64,000 nucleotides of DNA from Balanoglossus misakiensis (Eukaryota > Animalia > Hemichordata). The notes under the pieces are model-generated. The model had not been told where the DNA came from, searched no databases, and was given only the letters and a program-made list of their open reading frames with translations. Below, piece by piece: positions 1-12,600 of this stretch. The position numbers and the translations under genes were made by a program. How positions within the stretch are numbered: the stretch's first letter is position 1; every line of letters begins with the position of its first letter. The stretch is from positions 2,780,783 to 2,844,782 of the forward strand of contig CM082580.2 of the NCBI GenBank assembly GCA_040954595.2, read 5' to 3'.

Positions 1-734
1 AATTCTACGAGATGTTTAAACAAAATAAGTTTCTTCTTCCATCCACTTCAGAAACTGTAACTCAGGAGAAACTATAGGGCATGTGGCAAAGCCAGAAAAT
101 TTAGGAAAACCTTTCAAGATTTCTACCACTTAAAAACAAAAACAAACAATTGCACTATCTTGTTGATTGATGTTCTTCCTCAAAACAGAAACAAGATACT
201 AAACCATTTCTTATTAAAAGTAGCAAAATACCATTTATATGCAATTCGTTTTCTAAATGAGAAGCCGTCTCTTGTTATTTTCATTCAAAAAGTTAAAAGT
301 GGTGTAACGTCAAAAAAAAGTTACCGCAAGAAGAATGGAAAAATCGAACATTTTCATGGTAAATGGAAAGTAATCCTGCCACATATTAAATGCCTTCTTA
401 ATTCTCACTTGTGAATTGATGACTGTTATATTTCTCGTTTTGTTTTGTTCTGCTCTGAGTCCTTTACAATGAGTCTAACCATATGAAGTGGAGGTTTTGG
501 CCATCGACTACTGGTCTTTCATTATATTTTGGAGGGTTAATTTTTAACCTTTGGTGGCGCTCTTTACAATTATGCTGTACATATAGTTATTCATCAGTTA
601 TCACAGATCTATACTAAACTAGATCAAACTAAGAAATTAAGACAATACACAATAAATGTGGTAGCATGTGGTGGTTGTTGTATTCCCCCCCCCCACCACT
701 TTTATTTCATGATCCCCCCTTACAAAAGCATTAT

Positions 735-1005
735 TACATACAAAAGATCTACAATGGAAATATAAGCTAGAAGTACAGTATCTATGAAAAATTCAAGAAT
801 TAATACGCTTACTTCAGGACATTAGATTTACATTCGACATCAAACTTCATTATCAAGAAGAAGAAAAGCACTGCTAAATACAAAAAGAATCTATCAATGA
901 ATTATAAACTTATATACAACATCTATGAAAAAGTCAATAATCAATAAGCTTACTTGAGGAAATTAGATAAACATTCGACATCAAACTTTATCCTTACAGA
1001 AAAAA
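735..1005. repeat. Degenerate tandem duplication, about 139-bp unit x2
   Basis: TCTATGAAAAA..GCTTACTT..ATTAGAT..ACATTCGACATCAAACTT occurs at about 781-848 and again at about 921-988. Confidence 0.75.
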
Positions 1006-2416
1006 AATTGCTGTTGTAGTCCACTGTGTACCATCTAACCACTAATTTCATCCCAGGATTTATACTTACAATTTTTGCACAAAATCTGAACAAATCAGCA
1101 ATTTTTCACAAATTGTGTTGACAAATAGCTCAAACGACACAAATGAAAGACTAACATATACACACAACAGCTCCAAGGTGTCAACAAAAGTGCTCAATTT
1201 TCTAAGTAGCTGGATGTGCCCATGAGGTTTCATATTAAACACCACAAATATCCAAATAAGCGATATATTATGTTTAAACCCAAATATTACAAATTAATAT
1301 GACATAACCAATTTGGCAATATACTGACCAAAAACTGCAAAGTTTATCTTTATACACTTTACTAATAAGTGAGAACGGTATAGCTATGACGTTTCGTAAT
1401 ATTTGCTGGAGCTACTCTGGAATTCTACCACTACAAACTATTTATACTATGAACATTGGCAATGCTAAATGTATTACAGTAGAGTTAGTTCTCTGAAAAG
1501 CAATGTCTGTATCAAATTTCAGCAAATTCATTACAACATGTATATGTCACCAGTTAAATGAGCCGCCTAGTGGCCAATACTTTTCTGCTGTGATACACTG
1601 CATTATAAACAAGGTAACTGCTTCAGAATTAAATGGTGCACTTCTCTTGTGACTTGGAAAAACTACAGCAGAAATAAAATGGCAAATTTGCGATGCCATA
1701 CAAATATAGTAATGCAAAATTCGTCACTTTATCAACAAATTAGACTTAGCTCCCTCAAAGTACAACTAGACATTTGCATTTTTGACGATGACGTTGGATG
1801 ATTTTTTCCCAAAAAATTATACAATTTTACAGATTGTCATGATATGAACAAAGGTCACTAAGATTACCCCTGTAGGCCTACATACCAAATTTCAAGGCAA
1901 TAAGTGGATTCTGAGAAGAGCTTTAAAAAAAAAGACAATTGCCCACAAATTACTATAGCAGAGAGGGGTCTTATGGGAGTGCCATACCTCTGACCATTAG
2001 ACCCCTTTCTGCTTTGGATGGCCCATATTGCAGATTCTATTATAATTTGAACATCTGATTTAGATCATACCCACGGATCTGCATACCAAATTTTAAAGCA
2101 ATTGGACCAGTGATTTCAGAGAAGATTTTTTATTAACCAAGTGTTAACAGATGGCAGAAGCCAGACAATTACTCTATCTGATAAGCTCTGCTTCACTGAT
2201 AGCAGAGCTGAAATTACTATTCAATACACAAATTTGCATATTCTTGAATACCACCTGTAGTGTCTCTATTTAAAAATAACAGAAAGTAGTTGTGTTGATA
2301 CTCTGCATTTATACGGCTAATTGCACAGATATTATTAAATGTGGTAAGTACACTTCTGCTAACAGAAGTAAAGCGTGATCAGTTACCTCCAAAATATGTC
2401 AAAATAGTACTGTTAA

Positions 2417-3035
2417 AGGGGAAATCCGCTGTAGCTGATTTCTACATAATTTGGTAGCTTTGATGTCTCTCTTTCAGAAAAAAACATATTCGCCATGTAT
2501 AGGTCGCGCGATTTTTTACAAAATCTAGGGAAAGTTGGCAGAATTTCCAATATGGCGTTTACTGTAATTTGAATCATGGGAAAAAAAGCGCCAGGAGCAA
2601 CTTCCGCCCACCATGGTGTGGGTGATACCATTCTCCGATTGGTGTCACTGGGCGACAGACTAGGCGTATTTTCATAGCTATTGTTTGTTCTTTGCATCAG
2701 TTGATAAACAATCATCAGCAAAGTCGAAAATTTGTCATATATTGACAGTTTTCATGAGCTATAACCCATGAAAAATATGGAAATACGCTTAGCTTGTGAC
2801 ACAGTGACACCAATCGGAAAATGGTATCACCCACACCAAGGTGGGCGGAAGTTGGTCCTGGCGCTTTTTTTCCCATGATTCAAATTACAGTAAACGCCAT
2901 ATTGGAAATTCTGCCAACTTTCCCTAGATTTTGTAAAAAATCCCGCGACCTATACATGGCGAATATGTTTTTTTCTGAAAGAGAGACATCAAAGGTACCA
3001 AATTATGTAGAAATCAGCTACAGCGGATTTCCCCT
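2417..3035. mobile_element. Foldback MITE with about 270-bp inverted arms, TTAA TSD (Kolobok-like)
   Basis: TTAA|AGGGGAAATCCGCTGTAGCTG ... CAGCTACAGCGGATTTCCCCT|TTAA. The near-identical ORFs 2413..2721(-) and 2821..3039(+) reflect the inverted arms. Confidence 0.9.
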
Positions 3036-3039
3036 TTAA

Positions 3040-3224
3040 AAGTATACGGTCACCTCCAATTTGCATACGCGCATAGATGACTGAAATGGCGTATTTGAGC
3101 GTTCTAAAGAACATATGGTGGCGCTCTTTTTTTCGCGTGTGCCACCCACTGACAATCCGTGATTGGCTAGATCTCAATTCGCCATGGTAACTATAGCTAA
3201 TTTTCCATAGGTGACCGTATACCT
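3040..3224. mobile_element. TTAA MITE sharing its left TTAA with the previous element; truncated second copy at about 3935-4100
   Basis: TTAA|AAGTATACGGTCACC ... GGTGACCGTATACCT|TTAA. Confidence 0.85.
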
Positions 3225-3638
3225 TTAACAGTCGTGTAATATGCGCTGGCCACTGTATGTCCTTGTGGTTCGTACGTCAGACATTAGTCTGGAATCCAGA
3301 CATGGTTTGTTATTTGGAGAGATACACTCGCACACCAGTCTGGAGTCTAGGTCTACTGTTGTTGTTTTTACAATTTTGCATGTCAAAAGAACTCCAAATG
3401 CGATGGCCTCGGCAAAAAGGTCACCACATGATCTTAGCTCTGGCGTTGTTCAAGTCAATCACCTTTACACGACACACTACTGATTTGCTGTTGCTATGGC
3501 ACAGACGTTGCTCATTCATGCTGATTATTTCCCAACTATTAGTAACGCCCGGGTCATTGCTCTGGCCAGTTTCCAACACTGATGAAGTGTAGTCAACTCT
3601 TTATGCATGGTTGTGTTCAATTCCTTATAAAGCACACC

Positions 3639-6600
3639 TCATGGTTCAAATCTGTAAGTGTGAAGAATTAAGGATAATAACAATGAAATCACCATTTTAT
3701 TTAGTCACAGTCACCAAGACTGAGCCATATCCAACAAAAACCTGACTTCTAGCTGTATTGGTTAGCTCGGAATTACGTATGCACATAATTAATGACTGCC
3801 CAGGTTGATTTTAGCATACACAGTATAAAAAAGTAGTCTTGAAATTGTACTTTTGCCAAAAAGAAGAAAATCATTTTTGATGGCACAAAAATTCATTTGG
3901 CCATAAACCCCCCACCCCAAACTTGAGCAATTAAAGGTATACAGTCACATCGAATTTAAATACACCCATATATGGCTGAAATGGAATATTTCAGCGTTCT
4001 AATTTGAAGAACATATGGCAGCGCTTTTTTTTTGCGTGTGCCACCAACTGAAAATCTGTCATTGGCTAGATTGCAATTTGTCATGGTAACTATAGCTAAG
4101 TTTTTTTTGCGAATATTGATCTTTTGACATCACCATTATCATGGTTCAGACTATCATCTTACAATACTGAGAGTAAAAGGATATGATAAGTAATCCAACC
4201 TCTGAGTGAGGGCACCTGTCAAAATAAATTCTGCACTGTGAACATCTGAAATAAAACGAATTATGAAACAATAAGAAGTTGAGGATAATAAATGTTGTCA
4301 TGTTAAGTACAGATTTACATCTGCAAGGCATTAACACAATCAGGTGCATTTGAATAACCATGTACAAAAAATTAAGTAGGAACATGCCCAATAAAGTGTC
4401 ATGGCAGGTTTACAAGCGCTGCTAGAAAAATTGATTTTTGGCACAAAATTGTCTGCACAAACACATATGACAAGCAACTTCTTTCAATCAGCCCTAGGAC
4501 AGACAGGCAGTCAGACAGACAGACAGACAGACAGAAACACTCACTGAACTGGTAGTTAATAACAAAATAGCCAGTGAGTGAGTCTCAGTGAGTTTGTATA
4601 CTTACCCACATTATTTCTAATGAAATCTCTACACAAAGGGAGATCCTTATCACATGTTACAGCCACAAATAACGGTCTACCATTTGTATCTTTCAAACTG
4701 GCAATAGCTTTCAAGGAGGGTTTCTTGTTGATCAATGTTCCCCCTCCACATTCAACAATGTCAATCATCTGTCTTGCATCCGGTAAAACACGAGGTGTTA
4801 CATACAGTGTCATGCCCTAAAATAGATGAAATTTAACCATAATAGTTGGCCATCCACAAAATCTTCTATGTCAGCTAAATTCATGGACATAAAAGGTTCA
4901 GGTATTTTCCAGTCCTAATATATGACTCCAAATTATATGTTATGAAACATGTGAACATGAATTTGCAAATTAACCTTATTTCTGCTACATGTACACTTCC
5001 CCCCATCTGTTTGCCCTACTGCCTTTAAAAATGTCAGAATCACCTGCAACTTCACTTAAGGGGGCAGAGTCTCTCTCTCGCTGCCATTTTTTCCATTAAT
5101 TATGTTTGATACAAGACACTATTTAGGTTATTTAACATGTAGATATATAGTGAATCAACGTTCAACAACACAAAACTTTTATCCTGTTTGTGAAGACGAG
5201 AGTCAAAAACTCTCCAAAATGAATAATCAGTGTTTACTGTTTGTTCAAGCGTGAGCGTCAAATGTATAGGGCCTACATGCGCAAGTGTGTGTTTTGCTGT
5301 CTGGTGCTGGTATTATAGTAAAGAACGGATCACCGTCATGGGTTGTGCTAATGCAGCTGGGACTCATAGACTTCCAATGTTAGTGATCGGTAAATCACAG
5401 AAACCCCGTTGTTTCAAGCAAGTCAACATGCAGAATTTACCAATTCTATACTACAGCCAACGAAACGCTTGGATGAGTGGTGACATCTTTTTGAATTGGT
5501 TTCATCAAGCGTTTGTTCCCAGCATGAAACGTCATCTTCGTCACGAAGGCCTCCCGGAAAAAGCCCTGTTGACACTCGACAAAGCACCGTCCCATCCCGA
5601 TGCCACTGAACTCCAGAGCAAAGACGGCGTGATTAGATGTCTTTTTTTCCCACCAAACACCACTCCTCTGCTACAACCACTAGACCAGGGCGTTCTCCAT
5701 GCAGCCAAACGTTGCTACAAGGCCAAGATGTTGCGCAGAATTGTCATCGAGAATAGTAAAGAGACGACTCTACCCGAGAGCGTGAAGACGGTGAATTTGA
5801 AAGACGTCTGCTACATGTTGGGTGATGCATGGTCAGACATCAGTGAAGACACGTTACGAAACGCATGGCACAAGTTGAAGCTCAACTTAGACAACACGTC
5901 AGAAGCAGAGATAGAAAGTGCAGATGAAGACACCGAAGACATTACAGAGACACTTACATCAGCAGATCGTGATGTTGTTGAGCAGTGGCTGAACTCTGAT
6001 GAAAACGATCCTGGGTACCAATTGTTAGAAGACGAAGAGATTGTGAAATCACTGCAGGAAAGTGAAGAGAAGTGTGAAGAAAAAGAAGAAATTGACGTGG
6101 AAGACGAACCAAGTTGCCTGTTCCGAAACACAGCGAAGCAGCCGACATGTTTTCCAAGTGTTCGCTTTGGATGGAAGCAGACAACCAGACATCGAACCCA
6201 CACAGCTTCTGTTGGTACGATCGTTGCACAAGAAGGCAGTGAAGAAACGGTATGAGACGAAGAAACAGCAGTCCCTGAAGTCTTTCTTCCAGAAGATTGA
6301 GTGAGTTTTGTTTTATTGGCGAACTGAACACTTTCAACAGTGACTACAAAGTCTTGCTATCGTACGTTCGTGTGTGAACATATTAAATTCAATGAGTCGG
6401 AACACTTCCGGTCTTTCAATAACACTGATACCGATACATGTAGTTTTATTACCGATGCGGATTTTGTTATTTTTCTAAAAGCAAATTTGTAAATAAATAA
6501 ATAAATAAATAAATAAATGTACAGCAATAAAATTCAAGTTGATCGAGTATGCAAGTAAGATGGACTCTGGTTTGGGAATGAAACGCAAGATCATGAAAAC

Positions 6601-9600
6601 AGCTGATGACGAGTCCCTGGAGAAAGCCGTATTCACGTGGTTTACGAAAGAACGCAATATAAGGGTACACCGCTATCAGGGCAGATAATCATGGAGAAGG
6701 CCAAGAGGTTTGACGAACAGCTAAATGGAGATCAGTCCACTTTCAAAGCAAGCACCGGATGGTTAAAGAATTTTCAGCTACGTCAAGGTATACGCCAGAT
6801 TTCAGTTCAGGGCGAGAAGATGTCATCCAACGAACCAGCAGTCGAACCGTTCCTGAAAAAGTTACACGAGATAATCGAAAGAGAGAGAGAACTTCACCCT
6901 GAACAGATATACAATGCGGACGAATCTTGTTTATACTGGAAGCTTTTACTGAGAAAGACATTGGCTGCATCATCGGAAAGATCTGCACCGGGGCTACAAA
7001 GTGAGTAAAGATCGTATAACGATTATGGGATGTGCCAACGCCGCGGGTACACATCGGCTTCCAAAGGTAGTCATCGGGAAATCAGCCAACCCACGTTGTT
7101 TTACACATGTAAACAATGACAATCTTCCGGTCCGCTATTTATCACAGAGAAATGCATGGATGAGCGGCGATCTCTTCAGGAATTGGTTCCACAACGATTT
7201 CGCCCCATCAGTGAAACGTCACCTTCGTGAAAAGAGACTTCCAGTTAAAGCACTACTGTTGCTCGAAAACGCGCCATCTCATCCTGGAGAAGACATGTTG
7301 AAAAGTCACGATGGTAGCGTGACCTGCTTGTTCCTGCCACCCAACACCACACCCTTAATTCAACCGATGGATCACGGCGTACTGAACGCAGCTAAACTTC
7401 GCTATAAGGGGAAGATGCCTCAAAGAGTCATCATTGAAAATGAAGACGATGTCCCGCTTAGCGACTGTGTGAAGACAGTCTCCCTCAAAGATGCTTGCTA
7501 CATGATTGCAGAATCGTGGAATGCTTTGACAACGAACACTCTCTGTAATGCGTAGCATAAGCTGAAGTTGAACGTCCCAGATAAAGAAACGGAAGAATGT
7601 TTAGACGCAGAAACAGACGACAACATGATCGATCGCATCGCATCAACCGACAGAGAAGAAATCCTTATGAGAATCGCTTAGGGTAAATGAAGCAGACCCA
7701 GGTTTCCAGACACTCGACAACGAAGAAATTTTACATAGACATTGCAGTGCGTTGTTTTTTGACGTCCTTAGGCTCCGTAACATTACAAATCGTATTTTAC
7801 ATGGTGACTTTAGTTTTTGTTTTATACTGACGTTTCAAAAAATAAATGTTATTTCTTTTTGGAGTATTGCATATTATAAGCCCAGATTTGGCACAAATAT
7901 TTCACTTTCCACTGCATACCAGAGGTGATAACATCGTCTGCAACTTCATTCGATTTAGCCTACCGTATACAGTGCGAAAGTGTAAAAGATGTGGCATTAC
8001 ATAATGGTTGGCCAGAGACCAGCTACACAGCAAAAGTTTCCCTATCCAAAGCCTGGTCTACCTAATCCCAAACTGTCAAGTAATCGCGAAGAGACTCAGA
8101 GAGCTTACGAAGAAGTTGGGAAAGTGCTGGCTGAGCTGAATACGAACGGGTTGAAACGTAAGCGAGGTCAGTATTCGCACTATAATGCCGAGTTCCGTGC
8201 TGAGATAGGGAAGTTTGCTGCTGAAAATGGCAACGTGAAAGCGGTCATTTTGCAGCAAAACTTGGTCGAAAGATCAACGAGAGTACGGTCCGATCGTTCA
8301 AGGTTGCCTATCTTAAAGAAAAGAGATTATCGAGATCGGAGCCCGTAACTTGTCTGCCATACGATAAGTAAGGGAGGCCTCTTCTTCAGACTGATCCTGA
8401 TCAGCGTGCCAAGACCTACGTCACCGGTCTACGTGATTCTGGCGGTATCGTCAACCGAGCAATACTGCTTGCCGGAGCGAAGGGCATCGTGATCCAACAC
8501 AACCGAGCACTTCTGAGTGAAAATGGGGAACAACTCACACATTCTCGCACATGGGCTGAATCGTTTCTGAAGAGGATGGGGTACGTGAAGAGGAAAGGAA
8601 CGCGGGCCGCAAGAAAATTACCCGAGAACTTCTCTGAAATAAAGACCAAATTTTTACATTGTATAGCAAAGGTGGTGGAAAGGGAGGCGATACCCCCCCC
8701 CCCCCCCCAGTTGGTAATTAATTTCAATCAGTCCGGAATCCATATCATTCCAGTGAGTTCTTTGGACACTGACGAAAGAAGTGGAAAAACAGCCCCCCCC
8801 CCCCCCCCCATCATTGGGCTTGATAATAAGAGGGAAATTACAGCACTGTCTGGGTGTACCATGACTGGGACATCTACCACACCCCAAACCACTGGAGCAA
8901 CCAATCGACAATGATCTGCTATGCAGAAAAAGTACTGATACCGTATGTCGAGAGAATCCGACAACTTGATCTGCCCGAAGAACAACAAGTTGCTGTATTT
9001 GACGTGTTTAGAGCTCATCAAGAGGAAGAATTTTATGCGAAACTCCATGACTCGGGGATAAATGCAGTGTTTGTCCCTGCAAACTGCATGTCACAATTAC
9101 AGTCCCTGAACCCGTCTTTCAATGCAAAATTCAAGGATACATTGGGAAACGAATTCAACAACTAGTACGCAGGAAAATTAGCAGAGGCCATTGACAACGC
9201 CTATATGTAAGTGATGTAGTAGTGGATCTCCGTTTGTCAACACTACAACACTAAAACCGTTTCATGCAAACTGGCTTTTGTTAGCATTTGATAAACTCTG
9301 AAATGATCGTGGTGCTATCATTAAAGGGTTTGAAAAGTCGTTGATAATTTCTGCTTTTATCAGAATAGAGACTTACCGTACTTGCCCGGGTAAGAACCCC
9401 TGCTCGGACAACCCCCCCCCCCCCCCCACGTTTAGGGCCCATTTGAAGATCGAGGTCATATCCGGTCTAAAGCCCCCCCCCCCCCCCTCCCCCCGGCCGA
9501 ATATCCATTAAATTCTTGGAAATTTAATAAAGTGCAATGCAAAAAAGGCGGATTTTCATCCCCAAAGTCACTAAAAGTGAAAAAAAAATGTATGATGATT

Positions 9601-12600
9601 TACTTTCGCGCTGATTATCGTACCCACCGCGGCCGACTGGCCACGCTGAGTTATATATAGCCGCTCTAGAAAACATGACCTCAGACAGGTCCCTCGGGAC
9701 CGTGCCTCGAATTCAACGATCACGTAGATGGACGCGCTGCCGCGTATGAGGTCACCGGGGAGCTTTCCAAAGCGGCCGCGTGGAGCTGCTTCAGTCCGTC
9801 CTCGACGCGAAACACCCAACATTGGAAGAACATTGGTAAAAAGACTTTTTATTATTTAATAAATACATTGTTTGACCGTGAAATGTTTGGCCATGTTATT
9901 TGCATCATTATTCACCCCTTCCTCGTGTCCCTAGGCCCTCATTTGCATAAATGTCGAGGTTGCGTCCGGGCTAAAGCCCCCCCCCCCCCCCTGTTTTTTC
10001 GCTAATCTGTTGGCCCAGCACCCGGGGCTCTTACCCGGGCAAGTACGGTAAGTACTGGATCTACGCATGATCTATGAGAAATTTGGGAGGCGGAGGTGGA
10101 CTTTAACCTTTGTAAATTTTCTACAGTGAGTAGCCATTTGGTATCGCGACCCCTTTGAATATTTAGACACTTAATTTTGACAGTATTCATTGCAATATGT
10201 CAAAATATTTTTTTTTTCTTTTGTACTATAAGGATGATTTTACTTCTAGTAATACTGTTATTGTATATTATCAATGTGCCATTTGCTTTCGTCAACCAGT
10301 CAAGTGAATGCCATTTCCCACCTGAGGCGTACATCAACCCCAAGCAGCCCCAGTTGTAAAGGGTGTGCAGTCATATGCGTTTCATGTGGAAAACGACATG
10401 ACCATACTATTATTTAAGAGCTGGTAGCACTGTCTTGTTGTTGTGTGTGTATAGGACAGGTGAAAAGTACAATGTATAAGCTGTAATGTTTATGTTTGCG
10501 AAAGACAAAAGTATGCGTTTTTTTGTACTCACGAATATTGCAAAAATAAATCGCTCACAAAAAATAAAAGGGTATACAGTATGCATAATCATATTATCTT
10601 TAACCATTCAATGAAGACAAAATAAAAATAAAGAATCAAAGTCAGAAACTCACCTGGAAGACTTTGATTTGTTTTGCTCTCTGCAAAGCTTCTGATAACT
10701 TGAATGAAAATTGTTGCTCTGATTCTATGTCAATCAAGATGTGTTCATTTTCATCTTAAATAAAGGAAAACAAATTGGATAAGCAATCAATGCAGCTCAA
10801 TTTGTGCAGCAACTATGTTTTTTTTCTTTCTTTCATGGTACTCAAAAACTACATTTTACAGGAACTAAGCCTGGAACACATGATCCTGTGAGTTGCATGT
10901 AATTCCTTTTTTTGAAGTTGAACATACAGGTTCATATGGTCAGAGTACTTTCAGGTCTGTATATAAAGAAGTAAGTCTGCACAATGACAATGTCACATTA
11001 CAGAGATGAAGATTCTTTACTATCAATCACGTGATCTGGCCATGTGACCCACGGCGTTGTCATTTCCAGGTGACGGGCAAGCAATATTTCGGCATCCAGT
11101 AAAAGTTTTTCCGAGTATGTTTTTACTTTAGAACGGCCAGACACGTAAACATGTATCAGGTATGGTGCCTCATCAGCCTCGTTGCATTTCGTCTGCACAG
11201 TCTTTGTCTGCACCACGTTGCTGAAGTTGCCCGTCATCTGGAAATTTGAATGCGAACGTAACTGCCGCTTGAGCGCGTCTGATGTCATTTGATATCGAAG
11301 AATTGTTTCAGAATTTTTCACCACAAGTTGCTCAGTCCAGGTATGTTTAGTAGGAAAATTAAATTCTCCGATATATGCTAGTAGTTGTAAAATTTCCAAT
11401 TTTTCTTGGAATTTCTGGGAATATATACAAAGTATTATCTATCACAAGCGCTGCATGTAAGTGATACTTACCAACAAATGTATTTTGACTGATGCTTTTC
11501 TCAATCCAAATTGGTGACACAACAAACTTGCAGACTGAGAGACATGCCAAGAATTTGGTCGTCCTGGTAATCTTACTTGCGACAAGATGAGAACAGTCTT
11601 GGCATGACTGCACCACTTTTCCACCCAAGCTTTTGACTTTCTGTGAATATTAATGACATAATTGTATACTGTTCTTCAATTATTGTCCAATAAATAACCT
11701 ATGGAAATCTTTTACAGAATACCCTGAAAAGCATCTATCCTGTCATTTACATATTCTATGCATAACAGATCTTTGGTATTCATAACCAATTTATTTTTCT
11801 TTCTAAAACATTGTAATATAATACCAGCATCAAATTTTGAAATAATTTAAATGATAAAGTGGTGCAAAAACAACAGCATCCATGACATGAATTTAGATTC
11901 TTACTTGGCTGTTTTACACTTATTCTTCAAATCAATTATTTTTCTTCAATTTAAAGAAGCAAACATCTTGGGTACTCCAGTGTACTCAATCATGCATGTA
12001 ATGCAACACAAACAAAGTAGTTGTGCGCTGCTAAATGAGTGTTTAAGTCAACACTGGTTTTACTAACTGAAGTTTTTCACATCAGGTATCAACAAATTGT
12101 AAAACAGTTTACAAATGGTTTGGAGAGAACAGTTTCCACTATGTAGTGAAAGATGTTGAGAAGTGACATGACGGAATTTCGAAAGCCACATGTTTCTGGA
12201 CTTGAAGGATAACTACGGTATTGAAACAGTTTGTTGTTCATGTGTGAGTTTTGCAAAAATTTGGAGACATCAAATTACCAGAGATGCGATGGAGAACTTG
12301 TAATTTTTGCTATTGTCCATGGTCAAAATTTCTAGAGTTGAAAGTAAAAACTATTTTTCCCCCAAAATAGTGGGAGAGATCAAATTACCATCGATGAAGA
12401 ACTGTCTAGAGAAATTTCTAGATTTGGAATTTATGATCACCGGAATACAGCAGTAGAATCTATGGAACAATCACAGTACACACAGATCACTAAATGATGT
12501 TTTTACCTCTGACAAGGAAGCGACGGCACCAGCCTCAATGCCAGTAAATAACACTCTTGGTAACCTTGACAACTCATCACTGTCACTGCCCATCCTGCAA

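Noticed and set aside
2413-3039. Pair of near-identical short ORFs on opposite strands
   Set aside because: They are the inverted arms of a MITE.
5230-6255. 341-aa ORF as a domesticated TIGD/Jerky gene
   Set aside because: It starts at a non-ATG codon at a MITE edge, lacks the HTH and first catalytic Asp, and is frameshifted at the C-terminus.
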